64,000 nt of DNA from positions 7,130,001 through 7,194,000 of the forward strand of contig JAQFVV010000003.1 of NCBI GenBank assembly GCA_028023455.1, in the 5' to 3' direction. Shown here in pieces: positions 1 through 14,256 of this stretch. The DNA is from Epiperipatus broadwayi (lineage: Eukaryota > Animalia > Onychophora). Under the pieces are notes generated by a model that was not told the origin of the DNA, made no database searches, and saw only the letters and a list, made by a program, of their open reading frames with translations. How positions within the stretch are numbered: position 1 is the stretch's first letter; each line of letters opens with the position of its first letter. The position numbers were made by a program, and so were the translations under genes.

Positions 1-797
1 TTCAATATTAATAATTTTAATTGGAATCCTACATGCATTTTAAAAATAAATTTCAACTGTAATGAAACAGAAAAATTACCAATTAAAAACTGACATTACA
101 ATATGAAATTTTACATCATTTTTAAACCAAAACTGGAAAAAACCCAACTTTCTAAACATTTTCATATATAAGCAAGAGCCTCTTGCAAAGAATTAGGAGT
201 AGTAATTAATAGATTTAAATATTAACTATTAAATGCACAAAAATCCATTAAAATTATTCATATTTATGTTTAAAGCCTATGAAAATATTATAGCAGCTAT
301 CTGTTCTTATTAAGTAATCAGTAATTATTAGATGGTACAATGCATGTTAATCCCCCTGACTTTTACCTTTATCAATAAGGACTTTGAATTTAAAGCTGAA
401 AGCCAATATGGCAACCATCTTTAACTTCTAATTTATCAATATAAGTACCTGAAATTTAAAAAGCCTAAGACTTTGAAGCTAAACAAATTATACAAATCTA
501 ATTCCAGATCAATAATTATATACTTTACAAATCTCAGTATTTATTCTAACATACCAATGTCATATCATTTAATATTTTAGCATAAACAATATATATATAT
601 GTGTGTGCATTGAGTTATATTTTTTATAGATTTTTAATTTGATAAAGAATAAAAGTTAAGAAATTATATCCATGTATTTAACTTTTGATGTTGCCAAAAG
701 CTATTAATTATTACTAATTAATAATCTTTCCAAGGCTAAACAAATTTTCTCCAGTGACCTATAATCACTCTTTTGTTGAAGTTTATTGAAGTAAAAT

Positions 798-800
<3 letters not shown>

Positions 801-846
<46 letters not shown>
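801..846. repeat. (TA)n microsatellite
   Basis: Uninterrupted AT dinucleotide run; explains the YIYIYI ORF 704..931. Confidence 0.95.
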
Positions 847-849
<3 letters not shown>

Positions 850-1203
850 AAATATGTGATATATATATATATTGTAACCCTCCCGCAACACCAATCCTAT
901 ATCTCCTATAAATAAATACCCGGGACGCCAATTCTTTTGATAATAAAATAAACTACTAATCTGACTCTACTTTGAATTACTATTGAGTCTCTTGAAATAC
1001 TGTCCAACTACAGCTTAGCTCAGTGGGGCTGAGTTCTATAATATAAAAATGCAAATAAAATACAGGAGGAAACACTATGAATTAATATAGAGTAAAACAT
1101 CTACTGGGTTTTGCAATAAATAAGCAGTTGAAATTGATAAAGTTCCAGCCATTTAAATTAACAAATTATAGTTCAATTTTATCTCCTCCCATCATCTAAC
1201 TAC

Positions 1204-1350
1204 ACTAATCAACCTTTACTAGATAATAAGCTTAAATTAAATAAAACAAAAATGTAGTACTAATCAACTTTACTGTATAATAATTTAAATTAAATAAAAC
1301 AAAATATAGCACTAACCAACTTTTACTGTATAATAATTTAAATTAAACAA
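1204..1350. repeat. Degenerate tandem repeat, about 3 x 52-55 bp
   Basis: ACTAA(T/C)CAAC-TTTACT...TTAAATTAAA restarts at 1204, 1259, 1311. Confidence 0.85.
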
Positions 1351-1505
1351 CTAAATTAATATCTGCTTGGAAACAATAAGGGAATATCTCAAGGATTTTA
1401 TTACATAACTTATTTAAAAATTATACTCTACAATGGCTATCAATTACCATCATAAAAGTTAATGACATAAAATTGAGCATTGTTCTAATGAAATAGTAGT
1501 TAGAC

Positions 1506-2376
1506 CAGGGATGCCCAACCCGTAGCTCGCGAGTCACATGTGGCTCGCGTAACTGTTTAATGTGGCTGAATTGCACTCTTCAAAAAAATTGATAAAATAT
1601 TTTATGTTCCTTGATGGCACATGCACACACTAAAAAATAAACATTTTTACAATACAAACAATAACGATATGCAGTGTCAGGTTTCACATTAAATAAAATA
1701 TATTTTTCCTGTAATTGTAATTTATATGTATGTTACCAAATTTTTAATAAATAAAATGTATTTACATTTTTTTTTTCTTTTTAACATATTACACCATTTT
1801 TTTTTTTTTGCTGTACACGTTTGGTTTGGTGCTATATATATATTGTGTTTAGTGCTCTTGTATATATTGTTGTTTTTATCGAGAAAGATCCTTGTAGACG
1901 TTTGGTTTGGTGCTGTATATATATTATGTTTAGTGCTGGAAATAGTTTTTATCGAGATAGATCCATGTACACGTATATATTTTGCTGTATATATCGATGT
2001 TTAGTGCTGTAAACAGTTGTTTTTATCCGTGTACACGTATATATTTTGCTGTATATATATATATTGATGTTTAGTGCTGTAAATAGTTGTTTTTATCGAG
2101 ATTGATTCGTGTACACATATATATTTTGCTGTATATATTGATGTTTTCATCGAGAAAGATCCGTGTACACGTTATTTTGGCCACATTAGAAACGGCGGGT
2201 TGATACCAATGTGAATAGGCCATCCCCCCCCCCACCTATCTCCCTACATTGCAGGTTTAGTACCCAAGTACCATGTTTATAAATGTAATATGAAAAATGT
2301 AATATATAATTGTGGCTCCCCAAATTTTTTTAAATTCTCAACTGGCTCGCGTCAAGTTAAAGGTTGGGCACCACTG
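1506..2376. mobile_element. Non-autonomous hAT element (Buster/Charlie-type MITE), 871 bp
   Basis: TIRs CAGGGATGCCCAACC / CAGTGGTGCCCAACC(rc); perfect 8-bp TSD AGTTAGAC at 1498-1505 and 2377-2384 with central TA; subterminal TGGCTCGCG motifs. Confidence 0.9.
1813..2172. repeat. Minisatellite inside the hAT MITE, about 5 units of 55-80 bp
   Basis: Units delimited by GTACACGT and sharing TGTTTAGTGCT and TTTTATCGAG; source of ORFs 1726..2004 and 1821..2012. Confidence 0.85.
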
Positions 2377-2750
2377 AGTTAGACAATGAAAGAAATAGGG
2401 TATATTTTTATTTCAAATCATCATCATCTAAATGATAACTAAGTACATAAACTTTCCCAGAGTTTCATTAAATAATTAGGCATTTTGTGTAATGTTTGAA
2501 TTGAGGAAATAATATCAGACTTGAACATATTCATTATTAAATTCATGAAGTAGTGCAATCATATCATATTGGATATGTATGTGTGTGTGGAAACTAGGAA
2601 TACGAATGCATATAAAAAACAACTCTTAACAAAGTTTTTAATAAATAAAACATTTATTATATTGAGTAGTCAATAATAAACAATTTATACTTCTACTTTG
2701 CACATATACACATTATGGGCCAATTCCAATATTCATTACTGAATAAACTG

Positions 2751-3080
2751 ACATTGGAGTAATTAATATGACAATAAACTTCTTTATATTCTTATTTCAA
2801 ACATATACAAGTTATCAGATAATTCTAATATGCTTATCAAACATTTATCAACAAATTAACATTGAAGTAATTACATTAAATTAAATTTCTTTATATTCTT
2901 ACTTCAAACATATACATGTTACTAACCAATTAATAATATGCTTTATTAGATATTTATTAACAAATTAACACTGGAGTAAATAAAGATTAAATTAAACATA
3001 TTCATACTTTTGCTTCACCTATACATGTTATCAGCCAATTACACTATTCTGTGTCAACCAAACCAATACTGGGGTAGTTA
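2751..3080. repeat. Degenerate tandem repeat, 3 x 108-109 bp plus a partial unit
   Basis: ACA(T/C)TG(G/A)AGTAA restarts at 2751, 2859, 2968; shared TTCTTTATATTCTTA-TTCAAACATATACA core. Confidence 0.8.
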
Positions 3081-5310
3081 AACAATGCAATATAGATCTA
3101 AATATATGAGTTAGAGAGGTCATACTATCCTTTATAAATCAATTGAACAACTCTACTAATTAGCTGCACTTTCTTTTCTTTTCTCTACTTTTTTTCACTA
3201 ACTCATATGAGGATGAATTATTCTGAAGACTTGATGATTAAAATTTAGAATAATTAGACTGATATGATTTGAAATGTTTACTCAAGACTTACAAATCAGC
3301 AATAACTTTCTTCCATACCTTCAGAATCAATAATATTTTGTGCATGCTTCTATATTACGCTACCTGTTATAATTAACACAGCTACATCCCATCAGTTTGC
3401 TTATGAAATTAAGAAATAAAATAACATAATATGGATGGTACCATAGACCAACAAATAACTTTAGCATTATTTCTACTTCAGATGTTCTATAAAAAAAAAA
3501 TCAATCCTACCTTTTATTTTTATTAGCAAACTACATTACACATAGCTATGAATATATGATGGGGAAAACATTCCAAAATTGACACATGAGGGATAAGGGG
3601 ACCTTCTTAACTCTACTAATCTAAACAACAAAATATAGTAATTCCCTAAACTTACTCAGAGGTTCAATACTGGTGTGGACTCAGTCTCATCACCAGAAAA
3701 ACAAGGGAAATACACTGCTTCACTTCATATAATATAATATAATCATCATAATATATGAATGCTTAATCTAAAAATATAATCCACTCATGACAAGTATTTA
3801 AATAAACTACAGGAGAGTTCTCTCAATCCCTGACAATATAACATATCTTAAACAATTTCTTTCCTCATACCACTTAACACATCTCACTCTAAACATTAAA
3901 AAAATAAATTCACTCTTAGATAAATTCCTAATTCTTCCACTTCTTTTGGTATATCACATCATCCGAAACTGATAGGAGAATTACAAGTCAATTAACTTTA
4001 AATTTAATAATCATATAAATGAATCACACAAAACAGGCACATACATGCATAACAAAACTTCAAATCATATTCAATGCATAGATATTATAACAACATTAAC
4101 TAATAAATTGAAAATAAATCTCTAATTCACGATGAATTATAAATGTTTTAAATCTGAAGTACAATAATTACTATTAAATAAACATCATTTCTGGCAAAGC
4201 AAAAAAAAAACACAACACTTTTGTGTATTTGATATTAACTAATAAATCTAAATAAAATTTTGATTTATGGTGAACTATAAATCTTCTGATTTTAAAGCAT
4301 AACAATTATTATTAAATAGACCTCTTAATCTCTGACAACACAAAGATAAAATAATACGTTTACACATTGATCTCTCTTAAATTGGCTGCTAGCTTCATAA
4401 TACCAAATAAATATTTCTACTGCTAACATAAGCATATAGAATACATGTATAAAAAAAAATATATCAAAATAATGATCAATTACCCAGTATAATATTCTTC
4501 ATATTATACATATCCGAGATGATCTTGAAGCAAAAGAAAATAATAAATAAATAAAAATATAAAGACAAATAAATTGGTCTACCTATCTATCATACACTAA
4601 CAACAAAGGAAATAATTAAATCTTCTTTAGCTGCGAAATAAAAGTTCATTTGTACAGTCTTTAACAAAAGTTTTTTTAGGTCTGTACAGAGATAATGTTA
4701 ATAATTATAAAACCGATAGGTGTTAGTAGACATATAGACAAATTCCATCAGGAAGAACAATACACAATTTTTGAATCCAATTGAAGAGCAGTTTCTAAAG
4801 TTCTTAGCAAAAACTAATTGAAATTGCTGATGGTATAGCATGTGAAGTATTCAATATCTATTTTTTTATAATGACAAATTAACATTCACTGCTGCAGATT
4901 TTAGTAATATTTTACTGTTTAATTAATTGGTGGTTTTATAGTTTTATAACTCAGCATTCTATCTTGCAAATTTAAAAGGAGCAATAGTTCTCCATCAATT
5001 AACTTTGACTACAGTTACATTTGTCAAGGCACTTAATAAATTATCAAAGCTATCCATTAGGTGAATAGTTGCTTAATTCATAATATTCACTTAAGTCTAC
5101 ATAATTTTTTAAATGACAATATATTTTGATAATGAATTAAATACAAAGGAGAACAATAAGAAAATGTTTACATTTAATATTCATGCTCTTCTACTCATGT
5201 TTATGTCATATGCACATTAAATATAGGTTAGTGATCCATTAGTTATATAAACTGCGCATTCAGTTCCTTAATCCTATAAGACTTGAATGGTTAGGTATAT
5301 TTCTTGTTCA

Positions 5311-5842
<532 letters not shown>

Positions 5843-7419
5843 GGTATGTTATACTAAATTAGCCACATACATCCTTCCATTTGAACTTTACTTTTATATA
5901 GCCAGAAGAATTTTTTAATCTAGAGTTTATGAAATGCTTTGTTAAAAAGTTCAGCATAACTTTTCCCACACAGTAGCAAATTTCACACATTTTATTTTTT
6001 TCTTTAATATTAGAGATTAATATTAGATAATTTGAACTGGAGTTATAGACACTTGTATGCATTTTTAACAATGATATTAAATCTAAATTAATTAATTGGA
6101 AATATAGGGAGATATACCTTGTTTGAAGTTGTTTATGTTTCCATGCTCTTCTTTATCTTCCAAAGAAATTTTTTCCAACTATTTTTATATCAGAAAATTA
6201 ATACTTAAAACAAAATTAAACTTTTGAATTTAAGTTGAATACTAAATGCTTGATTTTGGAAGAAGAACCACTTTGTAAAGAGAGAGAGAGAGAATTGTAA
6301 TAAAGCAGACTACTTTCTTATATTTTTTTATATCCCCTTTATTACTGATTATTTCTTAAACATCCATTTCTTTCATCAATCAAAGGTTATCCCCCCCCCA
6401 AAGGTCACCTTCTGCACTGAGATAATTAGCTGAAAATATTCAATAACTTTTACTTTCTTGAAAAAGAACAAAAAAAAATCATTTTGTCTTCTAAATAATA
6501 TTAATTAAATTGAATCAATAAAAAAATAATTTTATACTCTTAAAATAAAGTAATTGTTTAGCAAATAAAGTAAGTGATAGTGTATTTGGTCTGTTTAGTA
6601 TTCACTGATCCATTAATCCATCAATCACTCAAAATGTATTTAAAGTGGTTATCAAAGATATTTGTTGTAGATTTAAATATTTTACTGTAAAACATAGTAT
6701 TTGGTATTTTAATCAAATACATGAGGAGGGAATGAAGTTGTAAGATGGCACAAACATATGTGCACACACATATATGCTGCACTATAAGTTACAAGTTAAT
6801 CTGACCAAAATAGAAGCCTATATGACTATGAGTCAAATATACTGTACTATACTATGCTATGAACTGGAGTATCAATGAGCAAATAAATCAGAAAATCACT
6901 GAACCCAAATCAACCATTGTCTTAAAAATATATAAAATAAGCCACCCCCCTTTCTATCATTAAATATCCATCAAAAAAATACTAAATGTCTTAAAAATTC
7001 CAAATAATATCTGCAAGTACTTTCTAAATAGGGTTTTGGATTATTAATAAAAAAAATTCAAAATTTCTGGTTATTTCCTTTTTTTAGTTAAATGGAATCA
7101 GCTGTTACTGATATAGTGCTATCTACTTAAAATTGGTTCCTTGTGCCTATTCAGAAGGTCACAATATATATATGTTACATGATAGCAAAGACTACCCAAA
7201 TTATGAATCTACAATTTGGTATAGGCCATCTTTATAAGTAAAAGATGGATTTCTATATTTATTGGAATGAAATGTTAGACAAGTAAAATTATGAAGATTC
7301 ATTTTGGGCTGCCATATGAAACAGAAGTGTGACAATAGAAATCACTATTATTTAAAGATTCAAGAGTAAAAAATGTACTTGACCAAAACTTTAATATGCT
7401 AAATGAAACTTCATGTCAT

Positions 7420-8205
7420 AAATAATCTATTTATATAGCACTTAACTACATATGTAATATAAAAAAAAGGGAATAAACCTCCAATCATCACTTTTTATGA
7501 AATTTGCATGCACTCACCTATAAGCATCAGTTTAATAGCACAAGTGGACTACTTATGCTTAGAGTTTATCATTATATAAGCCAGTCTTTGCTCCCCATGC
7601 TGAAGTCAGGGCTTAAACCTATTGTCTACCTGATATATAACTTGACAAATAAATTGTCTAAACTTATTCATTCTATAGCAGAAGAGAGATAGAATCTCAT
7701 TTTTAACCACCAGTGGTTAGAAATAAATTTTAAATTTTGAATTTTCTGTAATAAATAATTTATTTATATAGCACTTTATTATGTATATAATATAAAGAAA
7801 GGAATAAAATAAACCATTGGTCATGCACTTTTTATGAATTTACATTCACTCACCCATAAGCATCAATTTCAAAAGCATAAATGGACTACTAATGTTTAGA
7901 GCTTATCGTTATATAAGCCAATCTTTGCTCACCAAGGTTTATTCCCTTTTTTATATTACATATGTAGTCAAATGCTATATAAATATACTATTTATTACAG
8001 TAAATTTAATATTTACTTCTAATTGCAGATGGTTAAAAATGAGATTTTATCTCTCTCCTGTTATAGAATGAATATGTTTGTACAATTCATTTGTCAAGTT
8101 ATATATCAGGCATGCAATAGATTAAAGCCCTGATTTACTCTAAGAATAATTGGTCCACTTATACTTATGGGTGACTGGGTGTAAATTCATAAAAAGCACA
8201 AGACC
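7420..8205. repeat. Repeat family C copy 1: 1.5 tandem monomers (333 bp period) followed by an inverted copy
   Basis: ATTTATATAGCA at 7429 and 7762; from about 7933 the sequence is the reverse complement of the monomer. Confidence 0.85.
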
Positions 8206-10357
8206 AGAGATTTAAATGAGAAATCAATCTAAAGATTAATGTGATGATGAATGATGATGGTTTGAATTTATATTCAATGATTAAGTCAGCAGAATACCAT
8301 CAATAACATGATTACTGGACCATTACTATGACAAATCAGGTATTTCTTCTATACTGTTCTTTGAACATGATTTTTATCATATAAAGAGCAGAAAAAAAAA
8401 AAAATTCAATGTCACACATACGTACTAAAGGTATTCCTCAAATATAGAATGGAATGATTAATAAAAATCTAACAATGCTTTTAAGATTATGAAATAATTT
8501 TATAAATAAAATAAATGTATTGTTTAATTTTTTTGTTCATTCCTGTTGTCATAACTATACAAAAATATGAGTAAAATATTAATGATCTATCCCAGATGAG
8601 AGTGAATATTGATTTATAATTTTCGGTTATATATAAATAAACTATTGGGTTCTGGGTAAAATGAAACATGAGAGGAAAATTTAAGGGAGAGAAACTTTGT
8701 TAATAGAAAATGTCTTTTCTCTTGCCTCCAATTATTTTTGCAAGTTAGAATTCCCACATAAAAGCAGTACATACATTAAAATATCTATATATATAAAGGA
8801 ATTAATTATAAAATTAATAAATATTAACAAAATAAAAAAAAATACTAAATATTTGAGTATTTAAAAAAAAAAAAAAAAACTAATTTAATCTAATCTAAGA
8901 TAGTGAATACGTTTAAGACTTTATTAAATGCATGTAAATGGTATCACCTAGAGTTCTGATGTTTGCAATTATATGCATGCATATGGCTTGTTTCATTAAT
9001 GTAAGTATGAAACTACTTATATTTTGGACAGATAATATTCTTTCTGATTGACAACTTCGGGGGTTTTTTTTTCAGATAAAATTTTTTTACATACTTTGAT
9101 GATATATATATTTTTCAGATTCAAGATTGCTCATTTTTTTCAATATTGCATATGAAGATTTTACAGGATGTTTCTTCACTGTAAACTGATTACATTATGA
9201 GAAGAAAGCAACAGAATTCAGGAATATGGAGCCATCAACTATTTAACACGATATTATAGGTTGGAAGATATTATCAGATTGGTCAGCAATAGTGCATTAG
9301 GTTTTCTAGTTATTCATTCCTATATATTTGACTGCATACTGCAAATACTTCATTACATTATTGAAGAAATATCTTCTTTCTTTTTCTTTTCAAAATAATC
9401 TTTATTTGCACAAAAAGTAAAATATACATTGTAATATCTGAAAACAGATTCTTCTAAGTTAGCTGCAACTATCTGCTGAACTACAGACTTGAATGTTGTT
9501 TGATGTTAACTTCAATCATTATTATGACCAGTATGAATTCCATAAGCAGCTGCTTAAAGTTTTTTAATAAACTATCTTTTCTATTTAAACCCCTTAAATG
9601 CCTTCACTCTAATAATGATCTTGGTTTTTTTTTATTTCTTTAATATTTTTTTTTTGTTTATTGCATGCTTATTTCTTAATGGATTGTTTTATCAGTTAAT
9701 TGTATTTTATACTAATTATATTATACAGATTTCTAGATAATATTAAATTTTCAACTTCTGGAATGATTTCTTTCATTACGATAGTTACAAATTTTGTAGG
9801 TTTCTGCCAATTTATTAATGAAGTTTTTACAATTTTCACTCATTTCATATTACTGAAAATCATAATATTATATAGCATATTTCTATTTTTAAAATAGTTT
9901 TTACATTTTTTTTTCATATTAAACTTTATACTGAATTTGCTTTACCTTATTATAAAATGATATATATGAATTTAAATATTATTTTTTATCAAATATTTAT
10001 TTCATTATTGAAACTCTGTCACTAACTATGGAGATCAACAAAACAACTTTTCATGCTTTATTAACTTTTCTGATTTTTTAGTTAACATTCTCTTTTATTT
10101 GCGCTACCATCGCTTTATATTTATGTTAGAGCAAATTGAATAAAAATCAATCTACTCAGTTATTTTACTGATACTGTTGTTCATCATTATGTAACTTCTC
10201 ATTTTTCTAGTTTTCAGATTAAAATCTTTATATATCACTAGAAATTTTAATTCTTATAATTTTTAAATTAAATATGTATTATTCCATTATCCATATCATC
10301 ACAATATATATATATACTTATTCATAGAACAATAAAGTCTGAATTTATGATATATAT

Positions 10358-10759
10358 CAGAGGTCAGCAAACTTTGGCTCATGAGTTAAATGTGGCTATT
10401 TTTATTATGATAAACATAAACACATATTTTATTTCCTTATGTAATTTATAAATAAATATTATAATGACTTTAGGAAAGGAAAAATGCATATTATAGCTTT
10501 GTGTCTTGAATTCAGTCTTTATAGAATAATAATTGCAAAAAAAATCAAACGGGCAAAATAATTTTTTATTTTCATTAAGATGTATGCAGATTCTATTATG
10601 GTCTATTACTAAAATAAATATTTAAATAAATCCACAACCATTCAGAAAATTGTATTTTTCATGAACATATGTTCAATCTCTTTCTTCACTACTTTTTAAT
10701 TGGGGGGTGGGAAGAGAGAGCAAATTGACTTTTAGTGATAAAAAGTTTGCTGATAACTG
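10358..10759. mobile_element. hAT-type MITE, about 400 bp
   Basis: TIRs CAGAGGTCAGCAAACT / CAGTTATCAGCAAACT(rc); flanks ATATATAT / GTATATAA (6/8 TSD match). Confidence 0.7.
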
Positions 10760-11439
10760 GTATATAACATCATTATCTGCTATTCATAAACAAATAATGG
10801 TCATTATAACTTCAAAAAGAAGAAATAGAAAAGCAAAAACTAAAAATTTAATGCTGAGTTTCTGATGATTACATAAACTAATCTGTAAACCACAAATACG
10901 TATGTACGCATGTTTCACTAGACTTTTTAAATTTTTCCTAGTCTGTTTATGTCAAATCTTGCAGTGCTATCTTTTAACTTGTTTTTTTTTTTTTTAGTAA
11001 ACTTCTCTTTCTAAAAACTTCAAGGTCTTACTTAATCATCGCTCCTTTTCATATTTTATCAACTGTATTTTGATATTAAAAGTAATTAAAACTGCATGCC
11101 TGTGAAGAGTCTTAGAAACAACTTTTATAATATAAATTGAGTTTGCATCTCCCATGAAAAATCATATTTATGTTAATGGTAAAATTATTTTTAATCTTAA
11201 TTAAAATTCATTTACCTAAACTGTATCTTTACGATATTAGTTTATATAATTACATATAACAAGCTGATTAATATACTCAAATAATCAAATAGTTTATTAC
11301 TTTAGGGTTTATGAAAAGCACAAGTACTGAAAATGACAAAGCTGTGCCACAATGCATGGAACATGAGCTCCAAAATATGCTAGTCTACAACTGCATTGAA
11401 CCATGCAAGGCAAAAACATACCGATTGGTAAATGAACTT

Positions 11440-11915
11440 AGATGGAGCATTTAGACTCTGTGTAAACAACTTGTGTATGCACAAAGAATAGTGATCATGT
11501 GATGTTTAATAGTTTAATACCAATCCTGCCTGATATGATTATGATGGCTGTGGTTATTAAAAAACCAAAGACACCAAAAAGTATGGATGCTGAACTAAGT
11601 TCAGATCTATACAACTATACAGGCTAATGATTTTGAATTGAAAATGTTATTGTGTTTTCATTTTGGACTCAAAGTTTTATAGTTAGCTAATAAAGTAAAA
11701 GGTGGCTGCTGAAGGGTTGCATTGGATCTTAACATCTAGATGCAGTGCTCTCAGATCCAAGGTTCTTCACTGATGAAATCCACAAGCTAGAAACTAGTCT
11801 GGAGATATTGGATGAGTAGACATTCTTAGGGATTTTATGCACAAACCTTCTTGCATCCATTGATTACTCTGGCTTGAACTGAGTGGCACTACTGTATGGA
11901 AAGTTTAGCCTCTGT
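11440..11915 (+). mobile_element. Repeat family A copy 1 (HHR-bearing retrozyme-like element), one monomer
   Basis: Aligns with copies at 17.4k, 25.2k, 47.2k, 63.1k; contains HHR at 11764-11805. Confidence 0.85.
11764..11805 (+). ncRNA. Type I hammerhead ribozyme motif (family A; stem II weak in this copy)
   Basis: TCTTCA CTGATGA AATCCACAAGCTA GAAAC TA GTC TGGAGA; core CUGAUGA/GAAA/GUC intact, stem I pairs. Confidence 0.7.
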
Positions 11916-12399
11916 GTTTATTTCACAATATTATAAAACATCCTTAAATAATATTTTCTAGTCTCTTTATGTTATACTACTAAAATTTCATGCTCATTTT
12001 CATATACCAAATTTTGAAGAATAAATTTAATTGTAGTAATTATAATCTTATCTTTTAATTTGTTAAATGCATTAATAATGTAATGAACTGTCAGACACCT
12101 CAGTATTTCAGACACTTTTTATCCAAAAATTCACAAAAATATTTAAACTGATCTTTTAGTTAAGAAAACTTCCAAGTTTTAAGAACTTTAATTTCTAGAG
12201 CAAATTATTTTATATGTTTAATCTATTAATAATATTATGTAAATCATTCTTGATCTGACAAGAATAGAACAGTCATAACCATAGTAAAATCTAGAATCCA
12301 GAAAAATGACTTCTTTTTTTATTCTAATCTTTTCAAATTAAAAGTTCCATCATCAAATTTGTATAACATCATGATGTTTGTAATATAGAGAAGGGACTA

Positions 12400-12650
12400 A
12401 ACCTTCAGTCATGCACTTTTTTTATGAATTTACATGCAGTTACCTGTAAGCATCAGTTTAAAAAACCATAAGTAGACCATATATGCTTAGAGCTTGTTGT
12501 TATATAAGCCAACAATTGCTTACTGTGAGAAATCAGGGCTTTAACCTATTGTGCCTGATATATAACTTGACAAATGAATTGTACAAACATATTCATTCTA
12601 TAGCAGGAAAGAGATAGAATCTCATTTTTAACCCCCTGTGATTAGAAATA
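12400..12650 (+). repeat. Repeat family C copy 2 (partial monomer)
   Basis: Aligns with 7490-7730. Confidence 0.85.
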
Positions 12651-13934
12651 AACACACATAATTCCTCTTTTTTCACAAATGTTTTTTGTATGATTTTGAA
12701 ATAACACGAGTTAAAAAAAAATTCCCCCCTCTTTCTACATAAGTTGTTTTAAAATAACATGATCTGTTTAACAAGTGGTACTTTGGAATTAGAGCTGCTG
12801 TGACATATTTATGATTGGATTAAAGTAACAAACATTATTGTCTGGAAGGCTTGAAAAAAAATCATCTTACATTATCAAACTAATTCTTAGATTGTCTTAA
12901 GTTAGTAAACTTTTTTTATTTCTAAATAATTTCATGTAAGTAATATTAAATAATTTTCCTTTATTGTAAATATTTTTAAATCAGTGTTTATTTACAGATT
13001 TGTTTCTGAGATCGAGTTCATCATGATTACATCACAAGACTAATAAAAAAATTATCTCTGTTATTATTATCTAACTTTAGAAAAAGTTTCATTTCCTTCT
13101 TATCATTTAAAAACAAAATTCCTTTTTTGGCAATATGCCTGCAAATGGAGAAATGTGTTTGTCTGCCTTGTAATGCTTTTGTCATTTTGTTTTGAAAGGG
13201 AGAAGTATATTTTTGGTATTAATGCTTTGTTGCATTTTGTTTTTGAAAAAAAATTTCTTGTTCGTATTGATGTTAAAAATCAATTGATGGTAAGATATAC
13301 TTTTACAAGTTTTACTGATAACAATGATAGTCCAATCATGTGGAAATGTATGCATTTATTGTTAGACAGTGACAATGAATAAAATCTTGGGTATTTTTCT
13401 GTTTTACTATCAAGCAAGATGTCACCCATATTTTTGATAAATGTGCAGCTCCTGAGGTCTACAATTTTTCTTTTTGAATGTATTAGTTGTTAAATTTTAA
13501 AAAAAATGAATAAGTTAAATAAAATAAAAGTAATAAATCCCAATAAGTACATTAATAATCTTTATTTCAATTTTTTTTTTACTTATAACATGGAAGTGAC
13601 AATTCAGATTAAACTTTAAAGTTTTCGATAGCTTGTGTGGAGAAACCAATAAGTGTTTCATTGTAAGAGTTATTACTTTCAAGTTTATTTTATTTTTCAA
13701 ATGAAATTTATGTTTCTATAACACATTTTTTTATTTATGTTCAATGTGTATGAAATAAAACTTGATAGCACACAAAAAATTTATATGGTGTATTTCATTA
13801 TTTTCATTGATTTCTTAGATCCAGAACCAATCTCCTTATTTTCCATACATACAATGTATCTTTTTACATGAATTTATTTTACATATAATTTTTGGGAACC
13901 AATCTATCATGTAAAAAGAGAATTAGATGTATTA

Positions 13935-14256
13935 AATTTTGAATTTACTGTAATAAATAATCTATTTATATAGCGCTTGGTTAAAAATGAAATTCTATCA
14001 TTCTCCTACTCTAGAATGAATAAATTTGTACAATTTATTTGTCAAGTTATATATTAGGCATACAATAAGTTAAAGCCCTGACTTCAGCATGGGGAACAAA
14101 AGTTGGCTTATGTAATGATAAGATCTAAGCATAAGTGGTCCCCTTATACTTTTTTAAACTGATGCTCATGGGAGTGTGTAAATTCATAAAAAGCACATGA
14201 CAGGTTTATTCCTTTCTCTATATTATATACATAGCTAAGCACTATATAAACAGCCT
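13935..14256. repeat. Repeat family C copy 3: 44-bp forward arm plus inverted monomer
   Basis: 13935-13978 forward, 13979-14250 reverse complement; ATGTATTA on both flanks (13927-13934, 14257-14264). Confidence 0.8.

Noticed and set aside
1016-1026. tRNA gene (perfect A-box TAGCTCAGTGG)
   Set aside because: No B-box, acceptor stem or cloverleaf follows; at most a SINE scrap.
1813-2172. CRISPR-like repeat/spacer array
   Set aside because: Whole units are homologous (no unique spacers), they lie inside a eukaryotic MITE, and there are no cas genes.
4640-5070. P-element/THAP9 transposase remnant on the minus strand
   Set aside because: Only vague motif resemblance after assuming several indels; needs BLASTx.
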